From the NCBI RefSeq assembly GCF_003334305.1, contig NZ_QOWS01000017.1: a stretch of 64,000 bases of DNA. The stretch is one strand, 5' to 3'. Both the position numbers and the translations under genes were made by a program. The notes beneath the pieces were generated by a model. That model saw only the letters and a list, made by a program, of their open reading frames with translations, had not been told where the DNA came from and did not search any database. Position 1 is the stretch's first letter, and each line of letters opens with the position of its first letter. Below, in pieces: positions 9,166-16,760 of this stretch. Source of the DNA: Escherichia coli (GTDB taxonomy: Bacteria > Pseudomonadota > Gammaproteobacteria > Enterobacterales > Enterobacteriaceae).

Positions 9166-9189
9166 TAAATGCTGCCTTTTATTTTGCCC
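9166..9189 (+). terminator. weak intrinsic terminator or attenuator
   Basis: AGGCGGC-tctaaat-GCTGCCT stem with one G-U pair, followed by TTTTATTTT. Confidence 0.4.
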
Positions 9190-9247
9190 GTTATGCAACT
9201 TAAAAGTTGTATTTCTTACTTTAAAAAAGGTAACAAGGTTTATATAA

Positions 9248-9460
9248 ATGTTGTTTTTAAACGATAAAGAGCAAATCATCAAGTATAAAGATGAAATGCT
9301 GAAAATTAATCCACAAATTACCGAAATGGTAGCTAAATACGCTGGGTGTTCTGTCGAGGAAGTAGAAAGATGTGTTGAAAAATATTTTTCTCCTTCTACT
9401 CCGTCTACACCTTCCCTTAATGAATTAATCAAATTAAAAGCTAAGGAGATTACTAAATGA
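9248..9460 (+). CDS. hypothetical protein (70 aa)
   Basis: ATG with AAGG upstream; stop overlaps the start of the next gene (ATGA). Confidence 0.5.
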   Translation: MLFLNDKEQIIKYKDEMLKINPQITEMVAKYAGCSVEEVERCVEKYFSPSTPSTPSLNELIKLKAKEITK

Positions 9461-9819
9461 TTATTGATTTAGACACTCTGTTTCCAGTTAGAAAGACTTT
9501 CACAGATATTGTAAGTTATTGTACTGATCCGTTTGCCTCTGTAGAAAGCAAGGTTTTTGCTTCTCTTCCTGCTGATGTTGAGTGCGGCGACTTGATCACC
9601 AGTACTGGCGCTAAATATGAATCAGGAGATGATATCTATGTTGTTATGAGTGAATTTGTAACGGCTGGAGAAAACAAGCCTGTAGATGTGCTACGTAGTA
9701 ATGCTGGTCTTGTCTGCATCAAAGCTGATGCGCTGAATGCTGTAAGTGAAGCAGCAAAAACAGCATTAATTAAAAAAGGCTTCCAGCTTGAAGGGTTCCA
9801 TTCTGTTTTCACTTCTTAA
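9457..9819 (+). CDS. hypothetical protein (120 aa)
   Basis: AAGGAG RBS; translationally coupled to the upstream ORF. Confidence 0.55.
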   Translation: MIIDLDTLFPVRKTFTDIVSYCTDPFASVESKVFASLPADVECGDLITSTGAKYESGDDIYVVMSEFVTAGENKPVDVLRSNAGLVCIKADALNAVSEAAKTALIKKGFQLEGFHSVFTS

Positions 9820-9837
9820 TAAAAGGAATAATAATAA

Positions 9838-10869
9838 ATGATTCTAGGTAATGATTACGTTGATTTAGCTCCGCTTTTCCAGGCACACAGCACTAGAAAC
9901 TTTCTGCTCTCTACCCTCGACTTCACTGATCCGGTGGGCGTTAGTTCTCATAAAGTAGCTGTTTCTCAGCTTGTCGAAAGCAACGAATCTCTGTTCAACA
10001 AAGAAACCTCTCGTTTCTCTTCTGAACACAATGTTACTAAGCGTGAACAAGGTAAAGAATGGCTGATTGAAATCCCGTATTTTCTTCGTGAAGATGTGAT
10101 CCGTCCTTCTGATGTTCAAGGCAAGCGTAAGCCTGGCACTGATTTTCAGGAAACACTCACTGATATCTATGCGGAATATATCGCTAAACACCACGTAGCG
10201 TATCAGCGTACAAAAGAGAGCGTGTTGGCTGCATCTCTGTTTAGCGGTAAAACTTACACGCCTAAAACTGATGATGTTCTTATCGAGTGGGGCAAGCTGT
10301 TTAACGTGGCACCTATGAAAGCCACCTTGAACGCTTCCAGCACTGACACAATGACCGTTTTCAAGCAATTTGACCAGCTTGCTACGGATATGATTGCTAA
10401 GGCACAAAACCAGGCTGCAACCATTGAGCGTGTTGTTGTGTTCTGTAAACCTGCGGCATTCAACGCTATTCGTTACAGTGTTGGTATGGTCAATGCTTTC
10501 CAATATGCAAGCCCTGTAGACGATGCCAACGTGGTGTTTAATGTGCGTTCCCTGCTACCAGGTGTAACTACTTTCACCATTCCAGGAACTAACATTGACC
10601 TGATCAAAGTGACTGATCCGCTACACCTTGCACATATGGCTTCTGATGCGGTTGCTGTGCCTAAATTCGCTAAGGGGGCAGGTGTTTACCAATCTATCTA
10701 TGGGGCAGCTTCCAGCACCTTTGAACTGATCAATGCCGCTCCTGCTGAGGTGTATAGCTATAGCTATGAATCTTCTTCTCGTGGTGATGCTGTTAACGTT
10801 GTTACAGAGAATAGCCAGATGGTGGTAAACCACGGCGTTGGTTTCTCCGTTCAAATCACTGTTAAATAA
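9838..10869 (+). CDS. hypothetical protein (343 aa), no motif recognised
   Basis: Long ORF in AT-rich DNA with AAGGA RBS; followed by a strong terminator. Confidence 0.65.
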   Translation: MILGNDYVDLAPLFQAHSTRNFLLSTLDFTDPVGVSSHKVAVSQLVESNESLFNKETSRFSSEHNVTKREQGKEWLIEIPYFLREDVIRPSDVQGKRKPGTDFQETLTDIYAEYIAKHHVAYQRTKESVLAASLFSGKTYTPKTDDVLIEWGKLFNVAPMKATLNASSTDTMTVFKQFDQLATDMIAKAQNQAATIERVVVFCKPAAFNAIRYSVGMVNAFQYASPVDDANVVFNVRSLLPGVTTFTIPGTNIDLIKVTDPLHLAHMASDAVAVPKFAKGAGVYQSIYGAASSTFELINAAPAEVYSYSYESSSRGDAVNVVTENSQMVVNHGVGFSVQITVK

Positions 10870-10887
10870 TATTTTAACGTGTAATAG

Positions 10888-10925
10888 AGGCGTGGCGTGA
10901 ATAACACGCTTCGCCTTTTTTTATT
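10888..10925 (+). terminator. rho-independent terminator
   Basis: Nested hairpin AGGCG-tg-GCGTG-aataa-CACGC-tt-CGCCT followed by a T-rich run. Confidence 0.65.
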
Positions 10926-10955
10926 TATTTTTAAATTTTGAGAGGTGATTAAAAT

Positions 10956-11159
10956 ATGGAAGTGATTCTGAAATCAAAAAATGGTGTACACGTTTATTTA
11001 GATGCTAATGATTCAAGAGGCTTGTTAAATCTGAAATATCTATGTTCTCTCTTGGATGTTCCATATGAAGGCGTAAAAGCCCGAATGTTCAGATTAAACG
11101 AGAGTATTGATCAAGCTCTACACCATTTCTTAAGCAAAGAAGGTGGTAAAAATGATTAA
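10956..11159 (+). CDS. hypothetical protein (67 aa)
   Basis: GAGAGGTGA RBS; 15 bp upstream of the 612-aa gene. Confidence 0.45.
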   Translation: MEVILKSKNGVHVYLDANDSRGLLNLKYLCSLLDVPYEGVKARMFRLNESIDQALHHFLSKEGGKND

Positions 11160-11173
11160 TAAGGGGATTTTAA

Positions 11174-13012
11174 ATGTTAGAAATTAACACTTCTAAAATT
11201 AAGAACACAGTAACATTTAGTGTAGATAAAGACAGCTTGAAAAAAGCGAAAGACTCTATTACAGGCTTAAAGGAATTCACAGAAAACATCAAGCCAGCTA
11301 AATTAAGGTTTGATAGTGTCACTAAAGGCTATAAGAAAGCACAAAGCGAAGTAGACAAGATTGCTCAACAGAAAGCTAAAACAGAAAAGCAGAATCAAAG
11401 AGCACAAGCTGCCGCAGCAAGAGCACAGGCAAGGCAACAGACACAAATAGCAGCACGTAAAGAGAAAGCAGAATTAAAGCTCCTCGATGTGTCAAGCTCT
11501 ATCAGTGCAATGCACCGCCTCTCTGTAGCGGAACAATACAAAGCTATTGCACAGGCTAGAGAGATAGCAAAACAATATGAGCAAGGGGCTATCTCGCTTG
11601 CACGTATGAATAGTCAGATGAAACGCCTACAACAGCAACAACGTAAGATTAATGGCAACAGAAAAGCTCAATTAGCCCCCGTTAAGGGAGGAGGATCAGG
11701 GAATTCCGCCACGATGGGTGCTCTGTTATTTGGAGGCGCTACAGCGGCTGCTGGCGTGATGGCTGTTAGTAAAGCGTCGGAGTTTGTTAGTAACAGTTTC
11801 GCTAACGCAGAGACACAAGGTGAGCTAATTCAACGTGCAAGGCTTGGCGGTGTAGACGTTAACCAGATGTACAACATTACAGAATGGGCCTATAGAAACG
11901 GCGTTGACTCTATGATGGGTGATCAAGGGGCTAGGAAATACCTGGATCAGATGAAAGATGTTAGGGAACGTGCCGCAAAATCCTATAGTGAAGCTGAATA
12001 TGTAGTCGATAAAAAAACTGGTAAAGGCGGCGAATGGAAAGGCGGTGATAACGCTATTAATGAACTTCTAAACATCGGTGTTATTAACAAGAGCGACCTT
12101 AAAAAATTTGCTGATAATCCAGCCGGATTAATTTCTAAGGCTGTTAATGGAATGATGAAAAAAGGGTTTTCAGACTCCCAAATTGGACAACGTTTAGAAG
12201 ACCTGGGTGATGATTTGATGCTTACATCAAAATATTGGCAACGTTCCGTTAAAGATGTACAAACAAGCATCGAGCAGCAAAAAGCCTCTGGAAAATGGCT
12301 AACAGAAACACAGCAAGATTCTATTGTTAAATTCAGAGAACTAAACAGACAGCTTTCACAGCTTTCTGATGCAAGACAAGTAGCATTTGTAGACGGCTTT
12401 ATGAAATCTCTCGATCCAAAAGTAACGGAAGAGTTTATGAAAAACCTTTCTAATCTCACTCCGTATTTTACAAAGCTGGGAGAAGCTACAGGAAGTCTCT
12501 TTGAAGCTATTATGAAGATTGTAAACTGGTTTAATCGTAATGATGATAAGACAGATGCTATTCAGAAAAATTTAGGTGATGCACCGCCATTAAGCAATGA
12601 AGGAATGAAACAGAATCTTTCTAATCTCGTTCCTGATCAATATAAAGGCGCTGGCACCGGAACAACTAAGCCAGATAACAGCAATTCCCTGTTTAACACT
12701 ATTAAGGGATTGCTTTTCGATGATAAGTCTTCTTCTGTGTCAGATGTAAAAATGTCAGTCAGCGAAGCACCGATAACCAATCTCAAACAGGGCGCTTTAA
12801 ATAATCTTGCAATGACAACTCCGGCTTATAATTTATCTCCTGTGTTTAATCTGAATCCTACATTTGAAGTGGTAACAGAGGTTCCTCTTACTATTAATTC
12901 TGACACATCAAGATTAAGCGATTATGTGGATTTTACAGCGAGATCAAGTCGGGATAGCTTCTTGAAATCATTAACATTAACCAGCTTATCAGGACAATCT
13001 AACGGCGGGTAA
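11174..13012 (+). CDS. large coiled-coil protein with central Gly-rich hydrophobic segment (612 aa); tape-measure-like or membrane-interacting, function unknown
   Basis: AAGGGG RBS; N-terminal approx. 150 aa rich in Q/A/R/K/E; segment GGGSGNSATMGALLFGGATAAAGVMAV; no NTP-binding or catalytic motif seen. Confidence 0.7.
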   Translation: MLEINTSKIKNTVTFSVDKDSLKKAKDSITGLKEFTENIKPAKLRFDSVTKGYKKAQSEVDKIAQQKAKTEKQNQRAQAAAARAQARQQTQIAARKEKAELKLLDVSSSISAMHRLSVAEQYKAIAQAREIAKQYEQGAISLARMNSQMKRLQQQQRKINGNRKAQLAPVKGGGSGNSATMGALLFGGATAAAGVMAVSKASEFVSNSFANAETQGELIQRARLGGVDVNQMYNITEWAYRNGVDSMMGDQGARKYLDQMKDVRERAAKSYSEAEYVVDKKTGKGGEWKGGDNAINELLNIGVINKSDLKKFADNPAGLISKAVNGMMKKGFSDSQIGQRLEDLGDDLMLTSKYWQRSVKDVQTSIEQQKASGKWLTETQQDSIVKFRELNRQLSQLSDARQVAFVDGFMKSLDPKVTEEFMKNLSNLTPYFTKLGEATGSLFEAIMKIVNWFNRNDDKTDAIQKNLGDAPPLSNEGMKQNLSNLVPDQYKGAGTGTTKPDNSNSLFNTIKGLLFDDKSSSVSDVKMSVSEAPITNLKQGALNNLAMTTPAYNLSPVFNLNPTFEVVTEVPLTINSDTSRLSDYVDFTARSSRDSFLKSLTLTSLSGQSNGG

Positions 13013-13046
13013 TTCCCGCCATAACATTACAAGGAAAATTATTATT

Positions 13047-13760
13047 ATGGCGACCGCCGGGATTTTAACCATACGTGCAGCAAATACTCCAGAACAACAC
13101 GTTCAGGCTGTTTACAAAGCAGAACAAGATATAAATTCTACAAAAAACGAAAATAGCAAAGCTAATAAAACAAAAGGAGAGAACGGATTTGCTATTGTTA
13201 CCAGTGGCTTGGCATCTTCTGGCAATGACGTTTATGAAAATTATATGGCCCTGGCCTTTGACAGTGTAGACGATGTGAACGTGAGACGTTCGGCAGATGT
13301 CACAAGCTACCCCGTAGAAAATGGTGCTACTGTGTCTGATCACGTTCAAATTAAAAACAATAAGTTTTCTCTTAAAGGAAGGATCACTGAAACACCGATT
13401 AAAAGCGATCCTGGCTTGTTAAAGAGTGCAGGGGTGAACGGGAACAGAAGATCATTAGCCATAGACTACTTGAATCAGATTATGGACAGTAGACAGCCTT
13501 TTCTTCTTGTTACAGAAAATAAAACTTTTGAGAACGTTGTTTTAACAGGCATCGAATACACAGAAGAGGCAAGCGAATCCCTGGTATTTGATCTTAGCTT
13601 TGAGCAGATCAGATTAGTTTCTTATGGCACTGTATCCACTATTGCACTTAAAACACAACCATCTAAGAACATCGGGGCGAATATGAAAAAACGTGTTAAC
13701 ACTGAAAAATCAAGTAGTGAAGGTGAAGACACTATTACTCCTGCCTTTAAGCAGAAATAG
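13047..13760 (+). CDS. hypothetical protein (237 aa)
   Basis: AAGGA RBS; last gene of the + strand operon, convergent with the integrase. Confidence 0.6.
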   Translation: MATAGILTIRAANTPEQHVQAVYKAEQDINSTKNENSKANKTKGENGFAIVTSGLASSGNDVYENYMALAFDSVDDVNVRRSADVTSYPVENGATVSDHVQIKNNKFSLKGRITETPIKSDPGLLKSAGVNGNRRSLAIDYLNQIMDSRQPFLLVTENKTFENVVLTGIEYTEEASESLVFDLSFEQIRLVSYGTVSTIALKTQPSKNIGANMKKRVNTEKSSSEGEDTITPAFKQK

Positions 13761-13803
13761 CCGTAAACGCCTCTAAAACGCTCTGTAACGATGTAATTAT
13801 AAA

Positions 13804-13840
13804 AGAGGCTGCCAATCTATGTTGAAGCCTCTTTATTGTG
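13804..13840. terminator. bidirectional terminator between convergent operon and integrase
   Basis: AGAGGCT-N15-AGCCTCT hairpin flanked by T-rich runs on both strands. Confidence 0.5.
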
Positions 13841-13841
13841 T

Positions 13842-15176
13842 TTATGGCGTTGTTTTACGCCTTAAATTTGATTTTTTATTGATTGATAAGCCTTTCTCTA
13901 TTTCAGGGTAGCGTAGAAGCTCAATATAGTTTTTAAGCTCTACTGGAGAAGCTGCATTCTTGCTATATGTGCGGAATGTCTCTGTATTGCCGCGTGTATG
14001 GCCCAGGAGAAGGGCGATCCTGTCTTCTGGAATTTGATTTCGATCAAGAAGCTGTGCTACTCCGTGTCTCAGAGAATGAAACACTTTCCTTTCTGTTCCC
14101 TTTTCCCCTAAAGCCTTTCGTTTAGCTCTTGTAAATCTCTGCGTGTGCCACGTGGAACGTTTACCATCAGCACGCTCTGTAATGCTGGCGTGATAGAACA
14201 AAAAGCCATTATGAGGCTTTTCACGCAGCGACAACACCAACGGAGTGATAAGGCTATGTACAGGCACAACACGTGCCGCAGCTTTCGTTTTTCCCTGTGT
14301 GATTTCAAAACACAGCACACCTTCGATCTCTTTCACATCGTCTATTGTGAGACTTGCTATCTCATTGATCCGCATACCTGTATATAAACCGATAAGACAC
14401 AAAGCCATCATTTCTTTGTTTTCTGCTGAATTACCGGAAAATACTTGCAACACCTGCAATAGCTCTTTGTTAGAAAATGCCTCGTAGCTCTCTCTACTTT
14501 GTGCCACATCAAGCCTATGCCCTCGCCAGGGGGAGAGCGCCCTTTCTGGCGCATCGTGGTAACGTGATGAAGCTAACTCCCATAGCTGGGCTATTGGGCT
14601 GATATAATTTGCAATTGATTGTTGTGAAAGAGTTTTTTGCATGTGTTCTATCCAGCCTGTAACAGTGGTGCGGCTCACATCTTGCAATGCAATATCAGGC
14701 TTTTTACGGTAGGAGAGAAACATCTCTACCGCTTTTCTTGCCTTAGCTAAAGTGGCTGGCTTCTTCTTCGTGCTGTTAATTGTCAGGTAGATTTCAAGAA
14801 TTTTAAGCAATGACGGACACGAAGACGCTGTATCTTGCATTCTGGTAGCTGTTTTGGCGTATTTAGCCTTACTGCGTAACAGCTCCAGCGTGTTCTCTAT
14901 TGTGCTGTTTACAGGGGCGACACTCTCCCGTAGGCAATGGTATTCATCTGCAATCTGATCACGCTTTCTACGTGCAACACGAAGATTATTTGTGTGTAGA
15001 CTTCTGACAAACGTCCTTTTTCCTTCAAAAAAGGGCTGCATATACACAGGCAGCGTGATCCTTAAATAGTAGTTACCGTAAGAATCACAGATTAAGTATT
15101 GGTTAGGCTTGTATCTCATAAAATCTCCGGCTAAAGTGTCGGAGCGTTTGTAATGTGAAAATTGATTGTAACGCAT
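13842..15176 (-). CDS. tyrosine-type site-specific integrase
   Basis: Box I GMRINE, box II HSLRHG, LLGH, and a C-terminal tyrosine in TFRTYS; ATG at 15176 (a TTG at 15206 gives the 454-aa track ORF); sits directly inside the right att copy. Confidence 0.85.
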   Translation of the reverse strand: MRYNQFSHYKRSDTLAGDFMRYKPNQYLICDSYGNYYLRITLPVYMQPFFEGKRTFVRSLHTNNLRVARRKRDQIADEYHCLRESVAPVNSTIENTLELLRSKAKYAKTATRMQDTASSCPSLLKILEIYLTINSTKKKPATLAKARKAVEMFLSYRKKPDIALQDVSRTTVTGWIEHMQKTLSQQSIANYISPIAQLWELASSRYHDAPERALSPWRGHRLDVAQSRESYEAFSNKELLQVLQVFSGNSAENKEMMALCLIGLYTGMRINEIASLTIDDVKEIEGVLCFEITQGKTKAAARVVPVHSLITPLVLSLREKPHNGFLFYHASITERADGKRSTWHTQRFTRAKRKALGEKGTERKVFHSLRHGVAQLLDRNQIPEDRIALLLGHTRGNTETFRTYSKNAASPVELKNYIELLRYPEIEKGLSINKKSNLRRKTTP

Positions 15177-15218
15177 AGAAAATGATAATTTTTCTATAAG
15201 ATTCAATCAATTAGTAAT

Positions 15219-15279
15219 GGTCGTAGGTGATGGCATTAACACGAGATTAATCGAGTGTTTTACTCCTATTATCGCACCA
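15219..15279 (+). pseudogene. tRNA-Thr 3'-half remnant (ptwF-like) containing the right att core copy
   Basis: GGTCGTAGGT, then a 33-nt unrelated insert, then ACTCCTATTATCG-CACCA; not a foldable tRNA. Confidence 0.55.
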
Positions 15280-15405
15280 TTAAAATCAAAGAGTTACCCC
15301 ATATTTAAATACACCACGTTTCCTCCTGTGCCGCATTTGTGCCATTGTAACCTTGGCAATTCATCAAAATACTGTTCTGACATCAGGCAGTGCAGGTGCA
15401 GCTAT

Positions 15406-15816
15406 TTAAACCAATTGCTGCCGCCATTCTTTGACGTAGTCAATCAGGGCGCGGAGCTTTGGTGCAATATTGCGACGCTGTGGGAAATACAGATAGAAGC
15501 CCGGAAATTGTGGAAGAAAGTCATCAAGCAGCGATACAAGCTTACCGCTTTCAATATATGGCCTGAAAGTTTCCTGAGTGGCAATTGTTATTCCTCCGCC
15601 GGCAAGAGCCAGCCTCAACATCAGACGCAGATCATTAGTCGTAATCTGCGGTTCAATCGCAAGGTCGAAAGTTCTCCCGTTTTCTTCAAATGGCCAGCGA
15701 TAAGGCGCAACCTCCGGGGACTGACGCCAGCCGATACACTTATGGGTATTTCCCCCGGAGGCGAGAAAGCGCTCTCCACGCCCGGCCGCAAGGATCAGGA
15801 CGACGGGGGCAGGCAT
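15406..15816 (-). pseudogene. yagP: LysR-family regulator fragment (C-terminal substrate-binding domain only)
   Basis: 136-aa reading frame from MPAPVV... matching the yagP remnant as I recall it; no N-terminal HTH domain present; overlaps the paoD 3' end. Confidence 0.6.
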
Positions 15817-16751
15817 GAATCCTCCTCCTGATGGAGACGTACAGAGGCGACTTCTGCCAGCACGGAGAGTGCCAGAGTATGCGCATCCCGGGCTTTGGGG
15901 AATATCCCGACGGGTGCCCGGATTTGCGTTGTTTCCTCCCTGGACCATCCCAGCTCGTGGAGCTTTTGCAGACGTAACGTGTGGGTTCGATAGCTGCCCA
16001 ATGCGCCGAGATAAAAGGGTTTTGCTTCTCGCGCGGCCTGCAACACTGGCAGCTCCCGGTTGAGATCATGGCACAGCAAAATGACCGCCGTATCGGTATC
16101 GATCTGAGCGCTGGCTGAGGCCGGAAAAAGATCGAAGATATGGCTGTCATAGCCTGTGGCTGCTGCAAGACTCGCAGTTGCCTGCGCCTCAAGAGAACGT
16201 CCGTAAATCATCAGCCTGACGCATGGCCTGAACCCCACCTCAAAGCCATTGAGATTCCAGCCCGTTCGGGTTTGCGTGGGCAGGCACACCAGCGATTGTG
16301 CTTGCGGATCGTAGCGCAGCCCCGCCGGTTTTCTCTGTTCCAGACGGTTCAGCACGGCGAGCAGAGGCTGTGCCGAGCGTAGTTTATGGAGCGTCAGCGT
16401 GATCCCACCGCCGCAGGGCAGAACGATGTCAAACCACGGCGAACCTTCGCCATAGCGAATTTCGCGATCGCGGCCTGAGCCCATCATCTCCAGCGCTTCA
16501 AAAGCGGCAGCGGCCTCCACGCAGCCGCCAGAGACAAAACCGCAGTAACGACCATCTTCGCGAACCACCATCTGCGCCCCGAGCGGGCGCGCTGCGCCGC
16601 CGCGTATCTCCACCAGCGTCACCAGCACCGCTCCTTTACCGGACATTAGCGCCTCTACGGCGAAGCGCAGAATGGTCCGGTGGTCATCGGTGAGAAACGC
16701 CTGCTCTGGCTTATGCCAGTGTTCGTCTTTATCAAAAAGCGGGTATGACAT
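15795..16751 (-). CDS. paoD: XdhC-like molybdenum cofactor insertion chaperone
   Basis: 318 aa; position directly downstream of paoC in the paoABCD operon. Confidence 0.85.
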   Translation of the reverse strand: MSYPLFDKDEHWHKPEQAFLTDDHRTILRFAVEALMSGKGAVLVTLVEIRGGAARPLGAQMVVREDGRYCGFVSGGCVEAAAAFEALEMMGSGRDREIRYGEGSPWFDIVLPCGGGITLTLHKLRSAQPLLAVLNRLEQRKPAGLRYDPQAQSLVCLPTQTRTGWNLNGFEVGFRPCVRLMIYGRSLEAQATASLAAATGYDSHIFDLFPASASAQIDTDTAVILLCHDLNRELPVLQAAREAKPFYLGALGSYRTHTLRLQKLHELGWSREETTQIRAPVGIFPKARDAHTLALSVLAEVASVRLHQEEDSCLPPSS

Positions 16752-16760
16752 TGTTTCTCC

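Noticed and set aside
8998-9432. Minus-strand 144-aa track ORF
   Set aside because: Antisense to the promoter/palindrome/terminator region and to the start of the 70-aa gene; no RBS.
9865-10503. Minus-strand 212-aa track ORF inside the 343-aa gene
   Set aside because: Fully antisense to a stronger ORF with RBS and terminator; all convincing cargo genes are on the + strand.
13785-13793. Solitary TGTAACGAT half-site near the integrase 3' end
   Set aside because: A single 9-mer match is expected by chance about once in a window of this size.
15217-15831. Plus-strand 204-aa track ORF across the att remnant and yagP
   Set aside because: Begins within the tRNA remnant and runs antisense to yagP and the paoD 3' end; no RBS.
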